Source: an uncultured Gemmatimonadaceae bacterium
GTDB taxonomy: Bacteria > Gemmatimonadota > Gemmatimonadetes > Gemmatimonadales > Gemmatimonadaceae
Direction of reading: 5' to 3'
NCBI GenBank assembly: GCA_963822945.1
Contig: CAWGJO010000020.1
Location: 96,001-160,000, forward strand
DNA: 64,000 nt
Part shown: positions 50,201 through 63,405 of the stretch, piece by piece
Position numbering within the stretch: position 1 is the first letter of the stretch
How the letters are laid out: each line of letters opens with the position of its first letter
Made by a program: the position numbers and the translations under genes
Notes under the pieces: generated by a model
Told to the model about the DNA's origin: nothing
The model's input: only the letters and a program-made list of their open reading frames with translations
Databases searched by the model: none

Positions 50201-52183
50201 TCAGAAGGGCGGCTCTTCCGGCGGCTCGTCGTCGCCGTACGGATTGGCGCCCCGGGGCACGCGCAGGCCGCGCGGTTGGCGCGGCCGCACCACCTCGGGC
50301 GGCACGATGCGCTTGAACTGCGCGCGGAAGAACGCCTTCACGTCGTCGGGACGGGTGCGCAGCGTCGCATCGCGCGCGCGCAGGACGTCGGCCGCTTCGT
50401 ACGGTCCCACCGCCTCCTGCACCCAGCCCACGGTGATCGCCGGATCCAGCCGCCGCAGGGCACGCGCCACCGCGGCTTCGAGGGGCATTTCCTGGGCCGG
50501 CGGGTACTGCTCGGCACCGTCGCGACCCCGCAGGACGGCCGGACGCGGAAAGCGGACGAAGATCGGCTGCGTGAAGTGGGGGTGCCGGACCATCAGCTGC
50601 CCCTTCTCGAGCGTGGCCAGCTTGGTCCGCGTGGCCGGGCTCAGCACCGCATATCCCGGCGTGGCGAGTTCGTCCCCGTCCATGCGGCCGTACAACGCCG
50701 TGCCGGAATTCCCGACCACGCGCCGGTGTACCTGCGACCGGAACTGCTGCGCGCTGAACAGCACGAGGCCCAGGTAGCGCCCGCGCTCGGCGATGTCGAG
50801 GAGCATCTTGCGCACGTACGTCTCGGGACCATCGGCGGGCGCGTACTTGTTCAACTCGTCCACGAACACCATCACGTGGTTCACGCCCAGTTCTCGGCGC
50901 TCCAGATGCTCACGCAGCTGGTTCACCACGCGCGCGAACACGAGATCCTGCGCGTCCTCCTCCAGTCCCGCGACGTCCACGACGTACACGGCGCGATCCT
51001 CGAACTTCCCGAACGGCAGATCGCTCACCAACCCTTCGTCGGTCACCAGTCCGGCGCATCGGGTGGAGATGTTCGACAGGCGGTTGCGCACCTTGCGAAT
51101 GGTGGCCACGTGGTGGGTGCGCCAGTACTCGCCGCGATTCTGGTTCTCCACCGTCCGCAGGAGATCGCGGAACCACGCTTCCAGGTCGGCGAACGACTGC
51201 ACTTTGTGCGTCTGCGAGAACCCCTCGTCCACGAACTCGCGGTCGATCACGCGCTCGATGATGAAGTCGATGAACGCATCCGCCTTGGCGTCCACGTCGT
51301 CCTTGTTGAGCAGCACCTCGGCGTACTGCATCACCTCGCGCAGCCCCCAGGTGAGCGGCGACACGTTGTGCCCCAGCGCCTCGTTGGAACGGAGCGTGTT
51401 GAGGGTGAATCCCTTGGCCGTGTACGGCGCGAAGTAGTGCACGTTGCGGAACGGCTCGGCGGGCACGTCGAGCGCCTCGTACAGCCGGCGGTCGGCGTCG
51501 TCCAACGCGCCGGGCTGGTCGAGGAAACAGAGATCGGGCCCCTTCACGTTGAAGCACACCGCCGCCACGGAACCCTTCTGCTCGGGGAAATGCCGGAACA
51601 CCGACGCGAGCAGCCACTCGATGGCGCTGGTCTTCGTGGCGAGCCCCGACACGCCCGTGATGTTGAGATGCGCCGCCTCGGGACCGAGCAGGAAGTCGGC
51701 GTCCAGGTACACCGGCGCCTCCGTGCCGCCGGCGCGGTAGAGACCCACGGGAATCCCCGTCTTCGCCTCCGGCCGGAGATAGCCGTCCATGCGCAGCGCC
51801 ACGGCGACGTCGTCGGGCGTGGCCAGGAACACCTCGCCCATCGGCACCGGCTGGAGCGGCTCTTCGGGCACGTGGCGCAGCACGGCCGCCGTGTAGAGGC
51901 GGATCTCGGTGCGTCGCGTGGCCGACAGCGATTCGCCGCCCGGGGCGCCGTCGTGGCCGAGCACGTCGTGCAGCGGGGTCTGCAGATCCGTGTAGCTGAA
52001 CCCCTCGGTCACCACTCCGTAGACGTGCGGGATCGTGCCGTTCACCGGCTCGGTTCCCTGCACGCGCACGATCGTACCGATGCCCACCGGCGAATCGAGG
52101 GCCGTCCAGAACCCGAATTCGTGCGGCGTGTTGGGTTTGCGCTCGGTCGCGACCACGCGTCCGAGTACCGGCGATGGGGTCAT
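50201..52183 (-). CDS. herA: HerA-family DNA translocase/helicase
   Basis: N-terminal HAS-barrel-like region, Walker A variant HLNITGVSGLATKTS, Walker B VFVDE, RGRYLGLVLFSAQQ. Confidence 0.88.
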   Translation of the reverse strand: MTPSPVLGRVVATERKPNTPHEFGFWTALDSPVGIGTIVRVQGTEPVNGTIPHVYGVVTEGFSYTDLQTPLHDVLGHDGAPGGESLSATRRTEIRLYTAAVLRHVPEEPLQPVPMGEVFLATPDDVAVALRMDGYLRPEAKTGIPVGLYRAGGTEAPVYLDADFLLGPEAAHLNITGVSGLATKTSAIEWLLASVFRHFPEQKGSVAAVCFNVKGPDLCFLDQPGALDDADRRLYEALDVPAEPFRNVHYFAPYTAKGFTLNTLRSNEALGHNVSPLTWGLREVMQYAEVLLNKDDVDAKADAFIDFIIERVIDREFVDEGFSQTHKVQSFADLEAWFRDLLRTVENQNRGEYWRTHHVATIRKVRNRLSNISTRCAGLVTDEGLVSDLPFGKFEDRAVYVVDVAGLEEDAQDLVFARVVNQLREHLERRELGVNHVMVFVDELNKYAPADGPETYVRKMLLDIAERGRYLGLVLFSAQQFRSQVHRRVVGNSGTALYGRMDGDELATPGYAVLSPATRTKLATLEKGQLMVRHPHFTQPIFVRFPRPAVLRGRDGAEQYPPAQEMPLEAAVARALRRLDPAITVGWVQEAVGPYEAADVLRARDATLRTRPDDVKAFFRAQFKRIVPPEVVRPRQPRGLRVPRGANPYGDDEPPEEPPF

Positions 52184-53175
52184 TGCGTGGCCTTGAGAAG
52201 GACTTCGCAGTCGCGGATGCCGTACACCATCGTGTCCCAGCGCGCATCGGGATGCGCCGTGGGCGTGCGTTCGCCGAGCACGCGGCGTGAGATGCCGTCG
52301 GCGCGCGCGGCAATCCGCTCGCGCGTCGCATCGGGCTCGTGGCGCACTTCCACGCGCACCAGCCCCCACAGCGGATCCCGTCCCTCGGGATCGCGCAGCC
52401 GCAGGTACCAGCTCGCCACCGGTACGCGGCTGGGCGACGCCACCACGAACACGCTCGTGCGCTCCCCGGCCTTCAGGTCGTAGACGACCCGGCGCGCCGC
52501 GCGGTCGCCGTACAGCGTGCGATGGCTCTTGATCACGCCCACGGGCTGAACGGCGCGCGCCAGCACCACCGAACCGCGCAGGCCGCCGTCCACGTACAGG
52601 GCGTCGCGGCGTTCGGCGCACCACGCCTGCGCCAACTGGAGCTCGAGCTGTTCGCGGTCGCGCTGGATCCGTGTGAGCGCGGCGTCGCGCTGCGCCGCCG
52701 GATGCGCATCGGCCAGCGCCGGCTCATCGGCCGAGGTGTCGTGTACGTCGAGGCCCAGCGATCGGATGGCCTCCCACTCGCCGGGTTGGAGGGCAGCCGC
52801 GGGGACGTACAGCCGATGCGACCGGGCGTGCCGCCAGGTTGCCGCGTGCCCCTCGTGCCACTCGCGAATCACCGCCGCCGCGACGCCGCTCACGATGGGC
52901 ACTCCGTCCTGTGCGTGGGCAACGAGGGTGCTGCGCTGCGTGCCGTCGAGGAAAGCCGCGAAGGGTGCAACGGCGACGTCGGGCGGCGTGTGGACCCGCA
53001 GGACCTCGTCCTCCACGACCTCGGCGGCCGCGAGCACCGGCGGGTCGACGGCCGTGGACAGCTCGAGCGGCGTGCCTTCGGTACTGAGCGACGCCGAGGG
53101 AAGCGCGGCGGCGAGCGCCCGTTGCAACTGGTCGAGCCTCCACGGCCCCTGGGGCGCGGCGGGAGCGAGAATCAT
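52180..53175 (-). CDS. nurA: NurA-family 5'-3' nuclease
   Basis: AFLDGTQR, LYVDGGL, GVIKSH and SWYLRL motifs; ATGA overlap with herA. Confidence 0.82.
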   Translation of the reverse strand: MILAPAAPQGPWRLDQLQRALAAALPSASLSTEGTPLELSTAVDPPVLAAAEVVEDEVLRVHTPPDVAVAPFAAFLDGTQRSTLVAHAQDGVPIVSGVAAAVIREWHEGHAATWRHARSHRLYVPAAALQPGEWEAIRSLGLDVHDTSADEPALADAHPAAQRDAALTRIQRDREQLELQLAQAWCAERRDALYVDGGLRGSVVLARAVQPVGVIKSHRTLYGDRAARRVVYDLKAGERTSVFVVASPSRVPVASWYLRLRDPEGRDPLWGLVRVEVRHEPDATRERIAARADGISRRVLGERTPTAHPDARWDTMVYGIRDCEVLLKATQ

Positions 53176-53206
53176 TCCGAAAGGTATCCGGCCGGGCGGC
53201 CGGCCG

Positions 53207-53485
53207 TCACTCGACGCCGATGTCCCAGGCCTGTTGCAGGTCGCCCTTGGAATAGGCGCGGAACGCGGTGAGCGTCTGCGTCCGCTGGATGCCGGGCACC
53301 GTCGGAAACACCTCGGTCACGACGCGCGCGATCTGGTCGTATTGCGGTACGCGCACCACCGCCACCAGGTCCCAGTCGCCCGACACCGAATACACCTCCG
53401 CCACCCCCTCCACGCCGGCGAGCATCTTGGCGGCGTTGGGAATCTGGGTGGGCTCCACGCGAATCAACACGATGGTCGTGATCAC
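53207..53485 (-). CDS. Stand-alone Lrp/AsnC ligand-binding (RAM) domain protein
   Basis: GVAEVYSVSGDWDLVA and PGIQRTQT motifs; no HTH; GTGA overlap with the upstream gene. Confidence 0.85.
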   Translation of the reverse strand: MITTIVLIRVEPTQIPNAAKMLAGVEGVAEVYSVSGDWDLVAVVRVPQYDQIARVVTEVFPTVPGIQRTQTLTAFRAYSKGDLQQAWDIGVE

Positions 53486-53985
53486 GGCACTTGGGGAAAG
53501 GGTGGAACGTTCAGGAGCCACAGGCCGGCAACATGGTTCGTGGCATCCACGTCGAACAACAGGTCCTGCGCCACACGCACCGGGGTGGTTTCCCGTGGCC
53601 CGCCGAATCGGAAATGAAAGATACGCCCCTGCAGGTCCGATTCGGCGGCCATCGGCGTCTCCACCTCCAGCGAGGTCACCGCCGCCGGCGCCTCCGAGGC
53701 GGGCAGCCGGACGGTCACCTCGCGGATGTTCGACGGCGCCACGAGCCCTCCACGCCGGGTCACGTCTGGCCAGACCGCGATCTCGATGCCGCAGACCGTG
53801 TCGTCCTGCAGGTCGAAGATGATCCACGAGCCGTCGGCGCCCTCCACCTCGACCGATCCGGTGGAGCCGGCGGCGGCAGGTGACGGTCGGACTCGCGCCG
53901 ACAGGATCTCCGTGTCCGGATCCCGGCGATACACGACTCGCGGTGGCGCCCCTTTGCGAGGCCCGAGTTGGACGGCGATGTTCAC
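53482..53985 (-). CDS. Hypothetical protein with two DUF2283-like repeats
   Basis: GGAGAA SD; two copies of the pattern D..IL...FD.....V.G(I/L). Confidence 0.6.
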   Translation of the reverse strand: MNIAVQLGPRKGAPPRVVYRRDPDTEILSARVRPSPAAAGSTGSVEVEGADGSWIIFDLQDDTVCGIEIAVWPDVTRRGGLVAPSNIREVTVRLPASEAPAAVTSLEVETPMAAESDLQGRIFHFRFGGPRETTPVRVAQDLLFDVDATNHVAGLWLLNVPPFPQVP

Positions 53986-54224
53986 GACGATTCTCCAAGA
54001 GTGGCTTGCCGCCAATTTCGGACCGGATCTGCCCGGTGGCGATCCGAAATAGCCCCGAGGGGGCCATACCACGCCCCGGGCGCTGCGCGGCGGCGCAAAG
54101 ATACTTCCGCCGTCCGGTCACGGTAACGGGCCGGATCCGGCCGCCGGGCCGATTTGTGGGTATCTTTCGCGCCACGCAATTTTGACAACGCGGCCGAACG
54201 CCGCCTCGACACCGGTGAGGATCT

Positions 54225-55753
54225 GTGGAACAGGATGGAACCGAGACTGCGGGCATAACCCGCGGCTTGAATGCGGCATTCGTACTGCCTCCGGACCCGA
54301 CGCGCGCCGCGTCGTTCCTCACCCCGGCTCTCGACCGCCTGGATCCGGCCATGCCGGGCCCCCAGCTCCTGCTGGTGACCGCCGATGCCGAAGCCGCGAT
54401 GGCGCTCGCCGCGGCCGCCGACGCGATCGGTGGCCCGCGCGGGTACACCGTACTCGCGGCCACGTCGGCGGCCCGCGCCTCCCGCATCCTTCGCCTGGCA
54501 CCGCCGCAGGTCGTGGTCGGCGCGCCCGATGCCCTCGTGGAGCTCCTCCAGCGCTCGGCGATGAAGCTCGGCGGGGTCCGCCAGCTCGTATTCGCCTGGC
54601 TCGACGATATGTTCGACGTACACGCGGCGGCACTCGAAACCCTGCTCGCCGAAGTGCCCAAGGATGCCGCCAGGACCGTCGTCGTCCGCGCCATCTCGCC
54701 GGCCGTGGAACAGTTCATCGAACGCCATGCCCGGCGTGCCCGGCGCGTGTTGCCCGCCGTCGAGGAAGGGCTGGCCGCGATGCCCATCCAGTTCGTGGTG
54801 GTGCACGAAGCGGCGAAGCCGGTGGCGCTCCGCCGTGTGCTCGACGAACTGGACCCCGCCAGCGCATTCGTCCACATGCGCGACCCCCGGTCCGACGCCC
54901 AGGCGCGCGCCGTGCTCCGGACCATGGGCTACGCGGAAGACGGACCGGTGCGGGCCGGAGTGGCGATGGACGCCGACGCCGAGCTGCTCGTTCTCTACGA
55001 CCTGCCCGCCACGCGTGCCGAACTCCGCGACCTGACGGGAGAGCGGACGCCGCGCCACGTGGTCGCGCTCGCGCAGACGCAGCAGCTGCCGGTGCTGCGG
55101 GACATCGCCGGCGGCGTAATCAACCCGTTCGTGCTGCCCGAGGCAGCCGCCCGGGCGCGGGCCCGCGAGGAACAGCTCCGCGCCGCGCTGCGCGACGAGT
55201 TGGCGGCCGGCGGATACAGCCACGAGCTGCTGGCGCTCGAGCCGATGCTCGCCGAATTCGACGGCATCGAGATCGCGGCCGCCGCGGTGCGCCTGCTCGA
55301 AGCCGAACGGCGGCGCGCGGCCGCTCCCAAGTCGCTCGCGGCGCCCCGCATGGCCCGGCTGTTCATCAACGCCGGCCAGACCGACGGAATCGGCGCCGGC
55401 GACCTGGTGGGAGCCATCGCCAATGTGGCCGGACTCACTGGCGCCGACGTCGGGCGCATCGAGTTGCGCGACCGGCACGCGCTGGTCGAGGTGCCGGAGA
55501 CGGTGGCGGCCGCCGTGGCCCAGAAGCTCACCGGCGTCACGGTCAAGGGACGCCAGATCGTGGCGCGCATCGATCAGGAGCGGCCGGAGCGCTCGGGCCG
55601 CGACCGCCCCGATCGCGGGGATCGCGGAGATCGTGGGGACCGGGGGGGCGCTGGCCGCGGCGGGGCTGGCCGTGGCGGACGGCCCGAGCGTGGAGACCGC
55701 GCCGGACGGGGAGCGCCGTCGCGTGGTCCGCGGACGCCGGAGGACAGGAAGCG

Positions 55754-55757
<4 letters not shown>
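54225..55757 (+). CDS. Inactive DEAD-box-like protein with DbpA RNA-binding domain and RGG tail
   Basis: GPQLLLV, VVVGAP and LYDLP remnants of the helicase core; [23 protein letters not shown]...VGRIEL (DbpA RBD); R/G-rich tail. Confidence 0.85.
55602..55646 (+). repeat. 9-bp coding tandem repeat encoding (DRG)n
   Basis: GACCGCCCC GATCGCGGG GATCGCGGA GATCGTGGG GACCGGGGG. Confidence 0.7.
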
Positions 55758-56374
<617 letters not shown>

Positions 56375-56512
56375 CCGGGTGGGCGGGTAGGCGGGATCCG
56401 GGCACCGCGAAGGCAAACGCCAGCGGCGCACAAGTGATTGCGGTTCATCGGGATAGCGGCATCGAGAGGGGTCGGGGCTTCGGTTCTTCTGGTGCGCCGG
56501 CGCAGCATTTCG

Positions 56513-56541
56513 TTGACGCTCTCCCCCGCCCTCCCTACCTT
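56513..56541 (+). promoter_or_regulatory. Sigma70-type promoter for coaE
   Basis: TTGACG-N17-TACCTT. Confidence 0.6.
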
Positions 56542-56579
56542 GGCCCGGACAGGAATCTCCACCCATTTCCACCGCCCCC

Positions 56580-57206
56580 ATGCTCCTCGTCGGTCTCACC
56601 GGCAACATTGCCAGCGGCAAGTCCACGGTTGCCCGAATGCTCGCCGAACGCGGCGCGACGATCATCGATGCCGATCAGTTGGCGCGCCAGGCTGTCGAGC
56701 CGGGGACTCCGGCGCTGGATGCGATTTCGGCGCGATGGGGATCGGACGTGCTCGGTCCCACGGGCGAACTGGACCGGGCGGCCCTTCGCGGCGTGGTGTT
56801 CAACGACCCGGAACAGCTCGATGCGCTGAACGGCATCGTCCACCCCGACGTGGAGCGGCGGCGCGAGGCCGCCGTGGCAGCGGCGCGGGAGCGCGGCGAC
56901 CGGATCGTCGTCTGCGACATCCCCCTGCTGTTCGAGAAGAAGATGGTGGACCGGTTCGACCTGGTGACGCTCGTCGACGCCCCGCGGCCGCTGAGGCTCG
57001 AGCGCGTGGTGGGCGAACGGGGAGTGCCGACGGACGAGGCGATGGCGATGATCGCCGCCCAGATGCCGTCGGAACTGAAGCGCGCCCGGGCCGACTTCGT
57101 CATCAACAACGCCGGCTCGCTCGACGAGCTGGCCCGGCAGGTCGACGCCGTCTGGACGTCGCTTCAGGCGGCGGCGGACGCCCACGACGCGGCCGGCGTT
57201 CCTTGA
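56580..57206 (+). CDS. coaE: Dephospho-CoA kinase
   Basis: VGLTGNIASGKST, IDAD, LDRAAL, IVHP and DIPLLFE motifs. Confidence 0.96.
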   Translation: MLLVGLTGNIASGKSTVARMLAERGATIIDADQLARQAVEPGTPALDAISARWGSDVLGPTGELDRAALRGVVFNDPEQLDALNGIVHPDVERRREAAVAAARERGDRIVVCDIPLLFEKKMVDRFDLVTLVDAPRPLRLERVVGERGVPTDEAMAMIAAQMPSELKRARADFVINNAGSLDELARQVDAVWTSLQAAADAHDAAGVP

Positions 57207-57232
57207 CAAGGCTGCGCGCCGCCGGGTAGACT
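57203..57232 (+). promoter_or_regulatory. Sigma70-type promoter for gcvH
   Basis: TTGACA-N18-TAGACT overlapping the coaE stop. Confidence 0.6.
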
Positions 57233-57264
57233 GCGCGCACCATTAGCTCTTTCCGGGAGCCCCC

Positions 57265-57654
57265 GTGTCCGATATCCAGCAGGACCTGCTGTATACAGAA
57301 GACCACGAATACGTGAAAACGACGGACGATCCCAACGTCGTGGCCATTGGGATCACCGATTACGCGCAGGGCGAGTTGGGCGACGTCGTCTACGTCGAAC
57401 TGCCCAAGCCCGGCACCAAATTCGGCAAGCACGACGTCTTCGGAACCATCGAAGCCGTGAAGGCCGTTTCTGAACTGTTCAGCCCCGTGGCCGGCGAGGT
57501 GGTCGAGGTCAACGATCGCCTGGACGGCGAGCCGGCGCTCGTGAATACGGCGCCATACGACGACGGCTGGATGGTGAAGATCCGGATCAGCAATCCGGCG
57601 GAGAAGAACGAATTGCTGAACGCCGAGGCGTACAAGGCGCATCTGGGAGAGTAG
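57265..57654 (+). CDS. gcvH: Glycine cleavage system H protein
   Basis: GITDYAQGELGDVV, lipoyl-Lys motif IEAVKAVS, PYDDGW. Confidence 0.97.
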   Translation: MSDIQQDLLYTEDHEYVKTTDDPNVVAIGITDYAQGELGDVVYVELPKPGTKFGKHDVFGTIEAVKAVSELFSPVAGEVVEVNDRLDGEPALVNTAPYDDGWMVKIRISNPAEKNELLNAEAYKAHLGE

Positions 57655-57726
57655 CACGGCGGCCGAGGGCCGCCGAGAACGACGGGACGACAAGCTGAGA
57701 GTCTCCAGTCAACTGAAATCCGTGGA

Positions 57727-57787
57727 CCGAAACAGCAGACCGGGACGCGTCTCGAACGATTGAGACGCGCCCCGGTTGTCGTTTCGG
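57727..57787. terminator. Long hairpin between convergent gcvH and gcvP
   Basis: CCGAAAC..ACCGGG.CGCGTCTC / GAGACGCG.CCCGGT..GTTTCGG. Confidence 0.65.
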
Positions 57788-57843
57788 ATCACTGCTGCCC
57801 GGCGACTGACCACTCCGAACTCGTGGTTCTCCTGGTGCTGTGG

Positions 57844-60759
<2,916 letters not shown>

Positions 60760-60848
60760 GGTCGGGGTGTTGAAGGTCCGTCGGTAAAGCTATGCGCGAA
60801 CGCGTCCGCGCGCCCCTCCCCCCGCCAAGGCGGCCCGGCGACTATTCT

Positions 60849-61653
60849 GTGACCGTGACCACGACGCATTCCGACCCGCCGCCGCCCTGGCGCTACCTCG
60901 TCTCGCGAACCCCTGGACGGGGCCGCCAACATGGCGTGGGACCAGGCCCTGATGGCCCGGGCCCGCCGCACGGGCGAGGCCGTGCTCCGCGTGTACGCCT
61001 GGCGGCGCCCCACGCTGTCACTCGGCCGGAACCAGACCGCTCGCGGCGCCTACGATCTGGAGCGCGCGGCCGCGCTGGGCATCGACTTCGTGCGCCGGCC
61101 CACCGGCGGACGGGCCCTCCTGCACCACCACGAGGTCACGTACAGCGTCACGGCACCCGACGCCTTCGATGCCACCCTCCGCGGCGCCTACGAACGCATC
61201 AATCGCCTGCTGCTCGACGCGCTCCACGCGCTCGGGGTACCGGCCGAACCTGCGGCTCCCGCGGCCCGCACCCCGACCCCGGGGCTTGCCCCCTGCTTCG
61301 ACCAGCCCGCCGCCGGCGAGATCGTGGTCGGCGGGCGAAAGCTGGTGGGCAGCGCGCAGTGGCGGCACGACGGGGCGCTGCTGCAGCACGGATCGATTCT
61401 GCTGGCCGACGACCAGGCCCTCATCGCCGACCTGTTACGAACGCCGCGGCGCGCCGTCACTCCTCCAGCGGCCACGTTGGCGGCAATTCTCGGAGAAGCA
61501 CCACCGTTCGATCGCGTGGCCGAGGCACTCGTCAGCACCCTGCGTCAACTCGACCCCCGCACGACGCCGTTGACGGTCGATCCCGAGCTTGCGCGCGACG
61601 TCGAGCGCGCCACCGCCGAGTTCCGGAGTGAGGGGTGGACCTGGAGACGGTAG
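60849..61653 (+). CDS. Lipoate-protein ligase / octanoyltransferase (LplA/LipM family); apparent extra base near 60906
   Basis: WRYL in one frame, then LDGAANMAWD, RRPTGGRA, KLVGSAQ and QHGSI in the next. Confidence 0.9.
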
Positions 61654-61718
61654 AATCGCTTGACGGGGTTCCCATGGCTCGCAATCGTTGTCTCAACCTT
61701 CGCCACGACGTGCTGCTC

Positions 61719-63402
61719 ATGCGATTTCGACGCTTCTGCGCCTGTTGCCTCCCCTTCGTGTTCGTTGCCGCCTGCGGCGGCGGCGAACGGTCCGCGGCGC
61801 CGGCCGAGGGGCCCGATGGCGGCACCCTGGTGATCGCCGAGCCGGGAGACGCCGACAATCTGCTGCCTCCGATGACGGCGAGCATTCTGGGGCATGCCGT
61901 GGCCGACCTGGTGTACGATCACCTGGCCGAGATTGGTGACAGCATGCAGACAACCGGCGATCTGGGCTTCAAGCCGCAGCTTGCCGACCACTGGACGTGG
62001 GCGCCGGATTCGATGTCGGTGGCGTTTCACATCAATCCACGCGCCCGCTGGCACGACGGCGTCCCCGTGCGGGCGGCGGACGTACGCTTCTCGCTCGCGC
62101 TCTACAAAAATCCCAAGCTCGGCTCCACGATCGCGCCTTTGCTCACGAACGTGGATTCCGTCTCGGTGAAGGATTCCCTCACGGCGGTCGCCTGGTTCCA
62201 CGCCAAGACCCCGGAGTCGTTCTTCAACATCGTGTACCAGTTGTGGGTGCTCCCGAAGCATCTGCTCGACACGATTCCGCCGGACCGCCTTCCCACGTCG
62301 GAGATGGCGCGACATCCAGTGGGCAGCGGGCGGTTCCGGTTCGCCAAGTGGCAGCCCGGCTCGGAACTGGTGCTCGTGTCCGATACCGGGAACTACCGCG
62401 GACGGGCCAAGCTCGACCGGGTGATCTGGGAGATCACACCGGACAACAACGCGGCGTTCGCGCAGTTGCTGAGCGGCGAGGCCGACCTGCTGGAAAGCGC
62501 CACGCCCGATCAGCTCAAGGCCGCGGCCGGCCACGCGACGTTGAAACCGTTCAATTGGCCGAGCCTGCAGTACGTGTTCCTCGGAATGAACTACCGCGAG
62601 CCCGGACATCATGCGCGGCCGAATCCGTTCTTTTCGGATCTGCGCGTCCGCCGGGCCGTATCGATGGCCATCGACCGGCAGGCGATGCTGCAGAACGTGT
62701 TCGACAGCGCGGGCGCGATCGCGTACGGGCCGTTTCCGCGATCGCTCGCCACGGCGGACACGACGCTCCGATTGCCGCCCTACGATCCTGCGCACGCCGA
62801 AGCGTTGCTCGACTCCGCCGGGTGGACACCGGGTCCCGACGGCGTTCGCCGGCGCGACGGCCGGCCGTTAGACGTGCGGCTGATCGTGCCGACATCCAGT
62901 GCGTTCCGCATGAGCTACGCCGTGCTGATCCAGGACGCTCTGCGGAAGGTCGGAGTCAAGGTCGACATCGACGCCGAGCAGTTCAATCGCGTTCTTCGCG
63001 AAACAGTCGGCCGGGGACTTCGATCTGGCGCTCGCCGGCTACGGCACCGATCCCAACGCGGGGGGCGCCGAGCAGATATGGGGATCCACGGCCATGCCGC
63101 CGGGCGGGCTCAACTACATGGCGTATTCGGACCCCAGGTTCGATGCGCTCCTCGACAGCGCTTCGATGGCGTTCGACGTGAAGACGGCCGCCCGCTACGC
63201 GTCGCGGGCATACCAGGTGATCGCCGACGATGCGCCCGGCGTGTGGCTATATGACGGCGTTGCCTACGGACTGATCAACCGGCGCTTCCGCATTCCGGCC
63301 ATGCGCGCCGACGGGTGGTGGCAGCATCTGGCGGACTGGACCGTGCCGACGGCCGAGCGCATCGATCGCGACCGGATAGGCATCGGCGCTCCGCCGCGCT
63401 GA
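61719..63402 (+). CDS. Peptide ABC transporter substrate-binding lipoprotein (family 5); apparent extra base near 62988
   Basis: Lipobox VAAC; WHDGVPV.A.DV.FS, PVGSGRF and VRRAVSMAIDR motifs. The C-terminus (GDFDL...NYMAYSDP) continues in another frame. Confidence 0.9.
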
Positions 63403-63405
63403 CGC

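Noticed and set aside
50201..53175. HerA pair as an anti-phage system (Sir2-HerA/DUF4297-HerA type)
   Set aside because: The partner has NurA-type motifs, the locus adjoins mre11/rad50 among housekeeping genes, and there are no defence-island or mobility features.
54093..54172. Inverted repeat AAAGATAC...GTATCTTT
   Set aside because: More simply explained as two divergent TATCTT -10 boxes for the flanking operons than as an RNA or operator; not resolvable from sequence alone.
60760..60848. Glycine riboswitch upstream of gcvP
   Set aside because: The intergenic space is under 90 nt and I see no GGAGA...CCGAAG / CTCTCAGG aptamer core.
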